In this document: positions 9,034 through 18,448 of the stretch, one piece after another
Position numbering within the stretch: the stretch's first letter is position 1
Layout: each line of letters opens with the position of its first letter
NCBI GenBank assembly: GCA_040752575.1
Contig: JBFMGK010000068.1
Location: 1 to 26,454 of the forward strand
Direction of reading: 5' to 3'
DNA length: 26,454 bases
Source of the DNA: Candidatus Bipolaricaulota bacterium
GTDB taxonomy: Bacteria; Bipolaricaulota; Bipolaricaulia; UBA7950; UBA9294
Position numbers and translations under genes: made by a program
Notes under the pieces: generated by a model
The model's database searches: none
What the model saw: only the letters and a program-made list of their open reading frames with translations
What the model was told of the DNA's origin: nothing

Positions 9034-9649
9034 ACGTCTTCATCCGGCGTCGTGCGCGCTCCTCGTCGTGGACATGCAGAACGACTTCGTCTCGCCCCAC
9101 GGTGCGATGGCCGGTTTCGGATTCGACGTGCGCGACATCCAGGCGGCGGTGCCCGCGATCGCCCGGCTTCTCCGCGGGGCGAGAGAGGCGGGCGTTCGCG
9201 TCTTCCACACGCGGATGGTGAACGATCTGCGGCTCAACGCGTCTTCGTGGACAGCGTTCTGGGGGACTCCGACCGTGACACTGCCCGGGACCTGGGGCGC
9301 TGCGTTCATCGATGATCTGGCTCCGAGAGAGGACGAGGTCGTCGTCGACAAGGTCGGGTACGGCGCCTTCGACGGCACGTCGTTGGACGTGGCGCTCCGC
9401 GCGGTGGGCGTGGAGACCGCCGTGGTGGTCGGGACGGGGCCGAACATCTGCAGCGGGGACACCCTGCACGGGGCGTTCGCCCGAGGCTTCCACGTCGTTG
9501 CGGTCTCCGATGCGTTGGCTTCGTTCTCGCGGCTTGGGCCGGCCCAGAATGCCAAGCTCAAGGACGTCGGGCTGTACGTGATCGCCAACCACTACGGCCG
9601 GGTTTTGACATCCGACGACGTTCTGCGCGCCTGGAAGGTGCCGATGTGA
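9017..9649 (+). CDS. Isochorismatase-family cysteine hydrolase
   Basis: ALLVVDMQNDF (Asp), DKVGYGAF (Lys), PNICS (Cys). AAGGAG upstream. Confidence 0.9.
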   Translation: MNGSVERLHPASCALLVVDMQNDFVSPHGAMAGFGFDVRDIQAAVPAIARLLRGAREAGVRVFHTRMVNDLRLNASSWTAFWGTPTVTLPGTWGAAFIDDLAPREDEVVVDKVGYGAFDGTSLDVALRAVGVETAVVVGTGPNICSGDTLHGAFARGFHVVAVSDALASFSRLGPAQNAKLKDVGLYVIANHYGRVLTSDDVLRAWKVPM

Positions 9650-10680
9650 GCGGCCTCGGCGCAACGTTGCGGCGTCGGCTGGACGGTTCGCTTGTCTTCG
9701 TCTTCCTGGGTCTTCTCCTGATCCTTGCGGCCATCGTTTCTCCGCCCTTCTTCCGGCCGGCCAACCTGCTGAACATCCTTCGCCAGGCGTCGGCGATCGG
9801 CGTCCTCGCCATCGGACAGACCCTTGTCATCCTCGCGGGAGGCATCGACCTCTCGGTCGCGGCGATCATGCAACTTGCCGGCGTGACGATCGCCGAGTTG
9901 ACGGGCGGGGCGAACACGCTCGTACCCCTCGTGATTCCGCTCTCTCTCGCCATGGGGGCGGGGATCGGGTTGGCGAACGGTCTCCTGATCGCCGTACGGC
10001 GCGTGCAGCCGTTCATCGCGACGCTGTTTGTCGGGCTCTTGGTGACCGGACTGCGTCTGTGGGTGACGAATGCAACGCCGTCGGGGGTTCTTCCTCCGGC
10101 CGTGCGTGCGTTTGGGCGCGGCGGGATCGGCCCGATCCCGAATGCCGTGATCCTGTTTGCCCTGGTCGCCGTTGCGGCGAGCTTCGTCCTTCGCCGCACG
10201 ACGCTCGGGCGCCGCATCTACGCGGTGGGCGGGAACCCACGGGCTGCGGAGTTGTCGGGGGTTCGCGTCGACCGCGTGACGATCCTCTCGTACGTGCTGT
10301 GCGGCGTGCTTGCGGCGCTGGCCGGCCTGGTGCTCGTGGGCTACCTTGGGTACGCGGACCAAGAGATCGGGACGGGCTATGACCTCGATTCCATAGCCGC
10401 CGCCGTCGTCGGCGGGGCGGTGCTCGGGGGAGGGCGCGGGAAGATCTCGGGTACGGTGGCTGGGATCCTCCTGATGACCGCGCTGTTGAACCTGGTCTTG
10501 ATCTTGAACCTCAAAGTGGAATACCAGCTCGTGGTGCGCGGGGGCGTCCTGCTCGCCGCGGTCGCGTTCTACTCCTCGGGCTGGGTTGGGAAGTTTCGCC
10601 TGCATCGACCCGGCGTCGCCTCTCCACGGAAGCCGGATCGGTGCGAAGAGAAGGAGGTGGGCGTCCGGATAGGGAAGTAA
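9646..10680 (+). CDS. Sugar-type (CUT2/RbsC-like) ABC permease
   Basis: GGIDLSV, PFIATL, GRRIYAVGGNPRAAELSG, YDLDSIAAAVVGG. Confidence 0.93.
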   Translation: MSGLGATLRRRLDGSLVFVFLGLLLILAAIVSPPFFRPANLLNILRQASAIGVLAIGQTLVILAGGIDLSVAAIMQLAGVTIAELTGGANTLVPLVIPLSLAMGAGIGLANGLLIAVRRVQPFIATLFVGLLVTGLRLWVTNATPSGVLPPAVRAFGRGGIGPIPNAVILFALVAVAASFVLRRTTLGRRIYAVGGNPRAAELSGVRVDRVTILSYVLCGVLAALAGLVLVGYLGYADQEIGTGYDLDSIAAAVVGGAVLGGGRGKISGTVAGILLMTALLNLVLILNLKVEYQLVVRGGVLLAAVAFYSSGWVGKFRLHRPGVASPRKPDRCEEKEVGVRIGK

Positions 10681-10734
10681 CGGCAGGGCGTATGGGCTCA
10701 CGATCCAAGAGCAGGCAGACAGGGAGGACTCACT

Positions 10735-11775
10735 ATGGGTAAGCGGCTTCTCGTTCTGGGCATCATCGCGGCGATGGCATGGGGGTCTACCGCCCTGGGG
10801 GCCGACACGGTGCTTCCCGGCATGACGGACACCTCCGCCTACGTTACCGCCGGGCCATGGCTTGCCGGTCGAGCCGGCCTGGGGGACACCAATGCGTGGA
10901 TGACCATGTTCGGTCTTCACTTCCGCTATGCGATCGAGGTGAAGCACAAGGACTTCTTCAGCGACTTTCGCGTAACGTCGTGTTTCTGGAACCCCGTGCA
11001 GCAGATCTCCGACATCGAGAATCTCGTTGCGCAGGGCGTCGACATCCTGTTCGTCGACCCCGCGGCCGAGGCGCCGCTCGTGGGTGCGGTCGAGGAGGCG
11101 ATGGAGGCCGGCGTTCCGGTGATCCTCGCCTCCACCGGCGTGAATACCGACCAGTATGTGTCGTGGGTTTCGCGCGACAACATGAAGGCGGGCTTCCTCT
11201 ACGCCGACTGGATGGGCAAGAAGCTCCCCGACGGCGGGAAGGTCGTCGTGTTGATGGGGATGGCCGGCTCAAGCTACGCCGAGGACGTGTACCGCGGCGT
11301 ACAGCAGGGCCTTGCGGCGTACCCGAACCTCTCGATCGTCGGAATGGCGTATTGCGATTGGTCTCCGGTCAAGGCGAAGGAAGCCATGGCTGCCTTCATC
11401 CAGGCGAACCCGGAGATCGATGGGATCATCGCCGACGGTGGCCAGATGGCCCTCGGTTGCGTCGAGGCGCTCCTCGATGCAGGCCGCGCGCTTCCGCCGA
11501 TCACGGCCGACGACTGGAACGGCTGGCTGCGCACGGCCAAGGAGCACAGCGTCGAGTTCCTCGCCGTGTCGGGCGGCTGTCCGCTGGCCGTGACCTGCGT
11601 TGACCTCGCGGTCCAGGTCCTGCAGGGGCAAGCGGTTCCGAAGATCGTCGAGTACCCGATGGTCACGTTCGAGCAGGACGAGCTGGATACGTACTACCGT
11701 CCGGACCTCAGCGACCAGTACTTCGCGATCAACGAGCTGCCCGAGGACTGGATTCAGCAGTACTACGGGGAGTAG
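10735..11775 (+). CDS. Sugar-type ABC substrate-binding protein (periplasmic binding protein type I)
   Basis: Signal peptide ending in ALG-A, QQISDIENLVAQGVDIL, AGVPVI, DNMKAG. GGAGGA RBS. Confidence 0.9.
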   Translation: MGKRLLVLGIIAAMAWGSTALGADTVLPGMTDTSAYVTAGPWLAGRAGLGDTNAWMTMFGLHFRYAIEVKHKDFFSDFRVTSCFWNPVQQISDIENLVAQGVDILFVDPAAEAPLVGAVEEAMEAGVPVILASTGVNTDQYVSWVSRDNMKAGFLYADWMGKKLPDGGKVVVLMGMAGSSYAEDVYRGVQQGLAAYPNLSIVGMAYCDWSPVKAKEAMAAFIQANPEIDGIIADGGQMALGCVEALLDAGRALPPITADDWNGWLRTAKEHSVEFLAVSGGCPLAVTCVDLAVQVLQGQAVPKIVEYPMVTFEQDELDTYYRPDLSDQYFAINELPEDWIQQYYGE

Positions 11776-11782
11776 AAGCTGA

Positions 11783-11810
11783 CGCCGGCCGCCCGACGGG
11801 GCGGCCGGCG
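11783..11810 (+). other. 12-bp GC hairpin between the binding-protein and ATPase genes (mRNA stabiliser or partial terminator)
   Basis: CGCCGGCCGCCC-GACG-GGGCGGCCGGCG followed by only a weak T-tract (CTTCGTT). Confidence 0.65.
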
Positions 11811-11827
11811 CTTCGTTCGGAGACGGG

Positions 11828-14308
11828 ATGCACGAGACGGCGATCGAGATCTGCGGGGTCAGCAAGGGGTTCCCCGGCGTCCAAGCGCTGCGCGGCGTGA
11901 CCTTCTCGGTCCGCAAGGGCGAGATCCACGCCGTGGTCGGCGAAAACGGCGCCGGGAAGTCGACCCTGATGAAGATTCTCGCCGGTGCGCAGGCTCCGGA
12001 CGGCGGCACGGTCTCGCTCTTTGGACGAGCCGTCACGGACTTCACGCCCGACGCGGCGCGGCGCGCGGGGGTGGCGATCATCTATCAGGAGTTCAACCTG
12101 ATCCCGAACTTGTCGATCGCCGGGAACATCTCCCTGGGACGCGAAGCGCACCGTCTTGGGTGGTTGCGTCGCCGCGAGGAGTTGCGCCGCGCGCGTGCCG
12201 TGCTCGAAGAACTGGGGATGACAGCGTCGCCGCGCCGCCTGGTGAAGCGACTCAGCGTCGCCGACCAGCAACTCGTCGAGATTGCGAAGGCCCTCTCGGA
12301 GGATGCGAACCTCCTCATCATGGACGAACCGGCCTCGGCGCTGTCGATCGACGAGCGAGAGAGGCTGTTCCGGATCGTCCTTCAACTGCGCGAGAAGGGG
12401 ATGTCGATCCTCTACGTGTCGCACCACCTCGACGAGGTGTTCCGGCTTGCCGATCGGATCACGGTTCTGAAGGACGGGGATCTCGTCGCCACGCGAGATA
12501 CGGCTACCACTGATCGCAACGAGATCATCACCTGGATGGTGGGCCGGAAGCTCGAGCAGGTCTTCCCGCAGCGCGTCGGCAAGGTCGGCCCCGTTGCCCT
12601 CGCCGTGCGCCATCTCGAATCGGCGCCTCGCCTCCTGGACGCGTCGTTCGACGTGCATCAAGGCGAAATCGTTGGTCTGTACGGCCTTGTCGGTGCAGGA
12701 CGGACCGAGCTTTGCCAAGCGCTGTTCGGCGTGCGGCGCTCGCGGGGAGTCGTGGAACTGCACGGGAGGTCTGTTCGCCTGCGCTCACCGCACAGCGCGA
12801 TCCGGCGCAGGGTGGCGTTCGTGACCGAGGATCGAAAGCGCGAGGGCCTTGTCCTTGGCCTCTCGGTCCGAGAGAACCTCGCGCTTCCGAGCCTCGGGCG
12901 CCGCCAGCGCGGTTCGCTCGTCCGCAGGCGCGACGAACGTTCCGCGGTCGAGCGGATCGTGAGGCTCCTCGGGATCCGCGCGCCGAGTTCCGAGTCGGTG
13001 GTCGTCCAACTGAGCGGCGGGAATCAGCAGAAGGTCGTGATCGGGAAGTGGCTCCTCACCGAGCCCGACCTCCTCATCTGCGACGAGCCGACGCGCGGCA
13101 TCGACGTCGGGTCGAAGGCCGAGATCTATGCGCATCTGCGCCGGCTGGCGGACGAGGGCATGGCGATTCTCATGGTTTCTTCCGAGCTGCCCGAAGTGCT
13201 CGGCATGAGCGATCGCCTGGTCGTGATGCGCGAGGGGCGAACGGTCGGGGAGCTGGCGGGCGACGAGGCGACCGAGCAGAAGGTCATGGCGATCGCGTTG
13301 GCCGAGAGCGCCGAACGCGGCTGCATGCTGGACGACCGATCTCCCGAGTGTGCGGAGGGCGCACTGCGTCGCGTCGGGCGCGGGCTCGCCGGATGGCTGG
13401 CGTCGACCGAGTTCGTTGTACTCGCCGCGCTGGCGACCCTCTTCGTTGCCGGTGTAGCGACGTCGCCGACCTTCCTCAGCGCCTACAACCTGACCAGCAT
13501 CCTCCGCTACGCTGCGGCGCTAGGCATTGTCGCGATCGGACAGGCCGTTGCCATGCAGGCCGGCGGCGTCGATCTCTCGGTCGGCTCGACGATCACCCTC
13601 GCGATGATGGCTGCCGCGACGGTGATGAATGGCCGAGACGCGATGATCATCCCCGCCGCGCTGGCGGCCGTGGGCGTGGGGTTGGCTGTTGGGGCGGTCA
13701 ACGGTCTAGCGGTGATCGGCCTGCGGGTCGCACCGTTCATCGCCACGCTCGGCGTCATGTCCCTCGGGCGGGGCGTCGTGCTACTGGTCACGCACGGCCC
13801 TGTGGGCGCGATCGGCCGTGGGTTCCGTGCGTTCTCGCGCGGCGCCGTCGGCCCGCTTCCGTCGGCGTTGTTCATCGTGGTGGCGGCTTTCGCCATCGCG
13901 ATCCTGATGATGAACGCGACGCGCTATGGCCGACACGTGTTCGCCGTGGGCGGCGGGCAGGAGGTGGCCCGTCTCGCGGGAATTCGAGTGCGCTCGGTCA
14001 TCTTCTCGACCTTCCTCGTGAGCGGCGTCTGCGCCGCGGTCGCCGCCCTGTACCTTACGAGTCGCACGGGATCGGCGAGCCCGTCGGTCGGTCCCGAGTT
14101 CGCCCTGGATTCGATCATTGCCGTGCTCATCGGCGGCATTCCGTTCGGCGGCGGGCGCGGCAATATTCTCGGGGTCTTGGCCGGCGTTCTGTTGCTTGCC
14201 GTGCTCGGGAATCTCCTGCCGGCATGGAATCTCAGCAGTTGGTACTACCAGATCACGCGGGCGCTCGTGCTCCTTGCGGCGATTGCCATCGTGAAGAAGG
14301 AGGCGTGA
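11828..14308 (+). CDS. Fused RbsA-like double ABC ATPase and RbsC-like permease
   Basis: GENGAGKST, MDEPAS, LSGGNQQKV, DEPTRGIDVG, then in the same frame GGVDLSVG, PFIATLG, GRHVFAVGG, LDSIIAVLIGG. Confidence 0.9.
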   Translation: MHETAIEICGVSKGFPGVQALRGVTFSVRKGEIHAVVGENGAGKSTLMKILAGAQAPDGGTVSLFGRAVTDFTPDAARRAGVAIIYQEFNLIPNLSIAGNISLGREAHRLGWLRRREELRRARAVLEELGMTASPRRLVKRLSVADQQLVEIAKALSEDANLLIMDEPASALSIDERERLFRIVLQLREKGMSILYVSHHLDEVFRLADRITVLKDGDLVATRDTATTDRNEIITWMVGRKLEQVFPQRVGKVGPVALAVRHLESAPRLLDASFDVHQGEIVGLYGLVGAGRTELCQALFGVRRSRGVVELHGRSVRLRSPHSAIRRRVAFVTEDRKREGLVLGLSVRENLALPSLGRRQRGSLVRRRDERSAVERIVRLLGIRAPSSESVVVQLSGGNQQKVVIGKWLLTEPDLLICDEPTRGIDVGSKAEIYAHLRRLADEGMAILMVSSELPEVLGMSDRLVVMREGRTVGELAGDEATEQKVMAIALAESAERGCMLDDRSPECAEGALRRVGRGLAGWLASTEFVVLAALATLFVAGVATSPTFLSAYNLTSILRYAAALGIVAIGQAVAMQAGGVDLSVGSTITLAMMAAATVMNGRDAMIIPAALAAVGVGLAVGAVNGLAVIGLRVAPFIATLGVMSLGRGVVLLVTHGPVGAIGRGFRAFSRGAVGPLPSALFIVVAAFAIAILMMNATRYGRHVFAVGGGQEVARLAGIRVRSVIFSTFLVSGVCAAVAALYLTSRTGSASPSVGPEFALDSIIAVLIGGIPFGGGRGNILGVLAGVLLLAVLGNLLPAWNLSSWYYQITRALVLLAAIAIVKKEA

Positions 14309-15132
14309 TGTCGTTTCGAGTCGCCGTCGCACAGATGAATAGCGAAACGGGTGCCGTCACGAAGAACCGCGACAAGGCACTTCGGCTCATCGAAGGGGCC
14401 GCGGCGTTGGGTGCCGAGATCGTCTTGGTCCCGGAGACCTTCACCACCGGCTACGACATCGCCGACCGGCTGGACGCGCTGGCCGAACCGATCCCCGGCG
14501 AAACCACGAGGCAGCTCGGCGAGGTCGCCAAGAGCCGCCACGTCTACGTGTACGCGAGCATGGTCGAGAAGGCGGCCGGCAAGTACCACAACACGGGCGT
14601 TCTCCTCGACCCGGCAGGAAAGCTCGTCCACGCGTACCGCAAGGTCCACCTGTTCGCCGCGGAGAAGGCGATGTTCGCGCCGGGAGACTGCGCGGCCATC
14701 GTCAAAACCGAGCTGGGGACGTTCGGTCTCACGATCTGCATGGATCTCTTGTTCCCCGAGTACATTCGCGGGCTCGTTCTTTCCGGCGCCGAGTTCGTCC
14801 TGAACAGCACCGACTGGTTGCGCTGGGGGCCCCTCGACGCGTGGCAGTGGTGCCACGAGCAGCCGAGGGCCCTTGCGCGAATCCGCGCGCTCGAAAACAC
14901 GGTGGGCGTCGCGATGGCCTGCCAATGGGGCGTGGATGGCGACTACACCAAGTTCGGCCACTCCTGCATCGTGAGCCCTTCGGGGCGCGTCCTCGCCGGG
15001 ATGGAAGAGGGCGAAGGGTTCGTGCTTCATGAGCTGGGACTCGAGGGCGTCGAGGCGTGGCGCAAGACCGCGACGTATCTCGAAGATCGCCGGGAACATG
15101 AAGCGCTGTACAGAAGTCTGCTGGAGCGCTGA
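14308..15132 (+). CDS. Carbon-nitrogen hydrolase (nitrilase/amidase superfamily)
   Basis: VAVAQM, LVPETF (Glu), YRKVHLF (Lys), ICMDL (Cys), GHSCIVSPSG. TGATG coupling and GGAGG RBS. Confidence 0.92.
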   Translation: MSFRVAVAQMNSETGAVTKNRDKALRLIEGAAALGAEIVLVPETFTTGYDIADRLDALAEPIPGETTRQLGEVAKSRHVYVYASMVEKAAGKYHNTGVLLDPAGKLVHAYRKVHLFAAEKAMFAPGDCAAIVKTELGTFGLTICMDLLFPEYIRGLVLSGAEFVLNSTDWLRWGPLDAWQWCHEQPRALARIRALENTVGVAMACQWGVDGDYTKFGHSCIVSPSGRVLAGMEEGEGFVLHELGLEGVEAWRKTATYLEDRREHEALYRSLLER

Positions 15133-15145
15133 ACGGCGGGGCGAC

Positions 15146-15709
15146 CTAGGCGAACACGCGCCGACTGCGCACGAAGTACTCAATCCCTGAGGCGACGGTC
15201 AGGACGAGGGCGCAGACGAGCGCGGCGTCCCGCGTGATGTCGATCCACACGCCGACGGCGAACGAGCGATCGACCAGGATGGAGAGGACGAGACCGACGT
15301 GGAACACGGTCTTGAGTTTCCCGAGGACGCTGGCCGAGATGACCTGCCCCTTCGACATGGCCAAGATACGCAGGCCGGTCACGAGGAACTCCCGCGCGAT
15401 GATCAGCATGACGGGCGCGGCGTGAAGTTCCCCGAGTTGCACGAGGCAGACGAGGGCGCTCACGACGAGAAGCTTGTCGGCGATCGGGTCGGCGAACTTC
15501 CCGAACACCGACGTCTGTTCCAGGCTCCGCGCTAGGTATCCGTCCACGGCGTCGGACAGCGCGGCGACGAAGAACAAGACGACCCCGGCGATCCTCCCGG
15601 GCTGCGAATCCCATAGGATCAAGAACATGAGTAGCGGCACGCTCGCGAGACGCGCCACGGTGATCTGGTTCGGGATCGAGGATCGGAGAAGACCCCCTCG
15701 CGCGGTCAC
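15146..15709 (-). CDS. pgsA: CDP-diacylglycerol--glycerol-3-phosphate 3-phosphatidyltransferase
   Basis: IPNQITVAR, SDAVDGYLAR, GKFADPIADK, REFLVTGLR, GKLKT. The GTG start overlaps the tpiA stop (GTGA). Confidence 0.9.
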   Translation of the reverse strand: MTARGGLLRSSIPNQITVARLASVPLLMFLILWDSQPGRIAGVVLFFVAALSDAVDGYLARSLEQTSVFGKFADPIADKLLVVSALVCLVQLGELHAAPVMLIIAREFLVTGLRILAMSKGQVISASVLGKLKTVFHVGLVLSILVDRSFAVGVWIDITRDAALVCALVLTVASGIEYFVRSRRVFA

Positions 15710-16458
15710 GCCGCCCCCGCAAGGACGATCGCGGCGAAACCTTCGGGGTCGAGCGATGCGCCTCCGACGAGCGCGCCGTGGAGGTCCGGCTGCGCAAGAA
15801 GCACGCCGGCGTTCTCGGGCTTCACGCTGCCTCCGTAGAGAATCCGCAGAGCCGATGCGATGCCGTCTCCGTGAGCGCGTCGGGTTGTCTCTCGAACGGC
15901 CGCCGCGGCTTCCTGAGCCTGCTCCTGCGTTGCCGTCTCCCCAGTGCCGATAGCCCAGACGGGCTCGTACGCAATCACAACGCGTCGAAGCGTCGCGAGA
16001 TCGAGTCCGGCGAGGGCCGCTTGCAGTTGCGCGTTCAGGACGGCCACGGTCTCCCCCCGCCGCCGCTGTTCGAGTGTCTCGCCGATGCAGAGCACGGGCG
16101 AGAGCCCGGCGCGCCCGGCAGCTTCCAGCTTTCGACGCACCAACTCGTCGCTCTCGCCGAACACGTGGCGACGCTCGGAGTGCCCCACGAGGACGTAACG
16201 GCAGCCGCAGGCGACGAGCATCTCGGCCGAGACGGCTCCGGTGAAGGCTCCGCGAGGTTCGCTGCAAAGATCCTGGGCGCCGAGCGAGATGGCCGTGTCG
16301 GCCAGGGCACGGCCGACGCGATCGAGGCTTGGGAACGCGGGGAAGAGCACGACCTCGGCCGACGCCTTCGCGACCCGCGGTGCGAATCGCCGAACGTACG
16401 CCTCGGCCTCGTCAGGCGTCAGGTTCATCTTCCAGTTGCCCGCGATCATTGCCTGCAT
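15706..16458 (-). CDS. tpiA: Triosephosphate isomerase
   Basis: AGNWKMN, GAFTG, GHSERR, AYEPVWAIGTG, YGGSV, LVGGAS. Confidence 0.98.
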   Translation of the reverse strand: MQAMIAGNWKMNLTPDEAEAYVRRFAPRVAKASAEVVLFPAFPSLDRVGRALADTAISLGAQDLCSEPRGAFTGAVSAEMLVACGCRYVLVGHSERRHVFGESDELVRRKLEAAGRAGLSPVLCIGETLEQRRRGETVAVLNAQLQAALAGLDLATLRRVVIAYEPVWAIGTGETATQEQAQEAAAAVRETTRRAHGDGIASALRILYGGSVKPENAGVLLAQPDLHGALVGGASLDPEGFAAIVLAGAA

Positions 16459-16508
16459 GTTGGGATCCTTGGCGCAGTATAGCCCAGGGATTGCGGAAGC
16501 TCACCCGA

Positions 16509-16537
16509 TTGACAGCGCCGCGGAGGATCCCTACCAT
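16509..16537 (+). promoter_or_regulatory. sigma70 promoter for mnmG (divergent tpiA -10 TATACT at 16476-16481 on the minus strand)
   Basis: TTGACA(16509-16514), 17 bp, TACCAT(16532-16537). Confidence 0.7.
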
Positions 16538-16597
16538 CCCACCTCACTCTACCGGCGCGGACGGTCTTCTCTTCGGTTGCCGCGGTCGAGATCTGGG

Positions 16598-18448
16598 ATG
16601 GCGATGAAGCACTACGACGTCGTGGTTGTGGGCGCCGGACACGCCGGCTGCGAGGCGGCGCACGCCGCGGCGCGGCTCGGTGCGACGACGGCGCTCGTGA
16701 CGATCAATCTGTCCGAGGTCGGGCGCATGCCCTGCAATCCGTCGATTGGCGGACCGGGGAAGTCGCAGTTGGTCACTGAACTTGATGCGCTGGGGGGCAT
16801 GATGGCCCGCCTGACCGACGAAACGATGATCCACGTCCGTCTTCTGAACACCAGCAAGGGCAAGGCCATGCAGGTGCGGCGCGCGCAGGTGGACCGCATC
16901 GCGTACAAGCAGGCGTGGAAGCGTGTCCTCGAGGCCACGGACGGACTGGATCTCATCGAAGGGATGGTCGACGAGATCGTGGTGCGGGGCGGGCGCGCGG
17001 TCGGCGTACGGTTGCGCGAGGCTCTCGAGCTTTCCTCCTCGGCCGTCGTTCTCGCTGCCGGGACGTTCCTCAACGGACGTGTTCTCCTTGGGGATGTGAG
17101 CTACCCGGCGGGGCGAGCGGGCGAGCCGCCATCCGAGCGTCTGGCTGAGGCGTTGAGGTCTCTTGGACTACGCATGGAGCGCCTCAAGACGGGCACGCCG
17201 CCGCGAGTCCATCGCCGGTCGTTGGACGTCGGTGGACTGGAGCGTCAGGCGACGAGTTCGACGCCGCTCGCCCTCTCCTTCTCGAGCGCGCCGCGTATTC
17301 TGCCGGACGACTGCCCGGTCTACGTGACCCATACGAACGCCGACACCCATCGCATCATCCGGGAGAACCTGCAGGAGAGCGCGATCTTCAACGGCCTGAT
17401 GAGCGGAACCGGGCCGCGGCACTGCCCGTCGCTCGAGAGCAAGATCGTCAAGTTCCCCGACCGGGATCGCCACAAGGTCTTCCTCGAGCCCGAAGGGAAA
17501 GACACGGCGGAGATCTACCTGCAGGGCATCTACACCGCGTTTTCGCCGAGCCTGCAGGAGCGGGTCGTCCGCTCGATCGAGGGTCTGGAGAGGGCGACGA
17601 TTGAACGCTACGGCTACAACATCGAGTACGATTTCGTAGACCCCCTCTCGGTCTCCGCGACTCTCGAGACGCGCCGCGTCCCCGGCCTCTTCCTCTGCGG
17701 CCAGGTGATCGGGACGACGGGATACGAGGAGGCGGCAGTGCAGGGCTTCCTGGCGGGCGTGAACGCCGTCCGCAAGCTTCGCGGCGAGAGCGGCGTCGTG
17801 CTGTCGCGCGGAGAGGCCGTGATCGGCGTGCTCGTTGACGATCTCGTGGCGAAGGGCGTGACAGAGCCGTACCGAATGCTCCCCTCGCGTTGCGAGCACC
17901 GTGTCCGCCTTCGCGAGCAGAACGCCGACCTTCGGCTGGCCGAACTCGGCCACGCGCTGGGGCTGACCTCGGAGGCCGACGTCGAACGGTCGCGCGAGCG
18001 GCGGCGGGCGATGGCGGACCTTCACGATCGGCTGAAGCGCGAGCGCATGTCGCCGGACGACCCGCGCAACGAACAGCTCGCAGCGCGCGGAACCCGCGCC
18101 CTGACGAACAACGGCGCGAGTCTGTTCGAACTCCTTGTGCGCCCCGAAGTCCAGCTTGCCGACCTCGTGCCGCTCGACGGGATCCCCGAGTCGGTGCGGT
18201 CCGAGGTGGAGATCGAGGCCAAGTACGCTGGGTACATCGCGCAACACGAGGCCGAGGTCGCGCGGATGTCTCGGCTCGATGCGATGTCGATCCCCGACGA
18301 GATCGACTACGGGGAACTCACCGCCCTGTCGTTCGAGGGAAGACACCTGTTGAGCCGCGCGCGCCCGCGATCCTTCGGACAGGCGTCGCGCGTCCCGGGA
18401 GTCTCGCAGGCGGACCTGGCGATGCTCGCCGTCCTTCTGCGCCGCTAG
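16598..18448 (+). CDS. mnmG: tRNA uridine-5-carboxymethylaminomethyl(34) synthesis enzyme MnmG (GidA)
   Basis: VVGAGHAGCEAA, MPCNPSIGG, RLKTGTPPR, GPRHCPSLE, GTTGYEEAA, EPYRM. Start at ATG 16598 or 16604. Confidence 0.96.
   Translation: MAMKHYDVVVVGAGHAGCEAAHAAARLGATTALVTINLSEVGRMPCNPSIGGPGKSQLVTELDALGGMMARLTDETMIHVRLLNTSKGKAMQVRRAQVDRIAYKQAWKRVLEATDGLDLIEGMVDEIVVRGGRAVGVRLREALELSSSAVVLAAGTFLNGRVLLGDVSYPAGRAGEPPSERLAEALRSLGLRMERLKTGTPPRVHRRSLDVGGLERQATSSTPLALSFSSAPRILPDDCPVYVTHTNADTHRIIRENLQESAIFNGLMSGTGPRHCPSLESKIVKFPDRDRHKVFLEPEGKDTAEIYLQGIYTAFSPSLQERVVRSIEGLERATIERYGYNIEYDFVDPLSVSATLETRRVPGLFLCGQVIGTTGYEEAAVQGFLAGVNAVRKLRGESGVVLSRGEAVIGVLVDDLVAKGVTEPYRMLPSRCEHRVRLREQNADLRLAELGHALGLTSEADVERSRERRRAMADLHDRLKRERMSPDDPRNEQLAARGTRALTNNGASLFELLVRPEVQLADLVPLDGIPESVRSEVEIEAKYAGYIAQHEAEVARMSRLDAMSIPDEIDYGELTALSFEGRHLLSRARPRSFGQASRVPGVSQADLAMLAVLLRR

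Noticed and set aside
12712..14307. 806-aa ORF suggesting a long N-terminal extension on the nitrilase
   Set aside because: It is an Arg-rich alternate-frame shadow of the ABC gene. The hydrolase has its own GGAGG and a coupled ATG at 14308.
16241..16597. Long N-terminal extensions of MnmG and PgsA (also of BtpA, the CsgG-like protein, YjbQ and the DapA-like protein)
   Set aside because: They overlap neighbouring real genes or promoters and lack family motifs, which is typical of open frames in GC-rich DNA.
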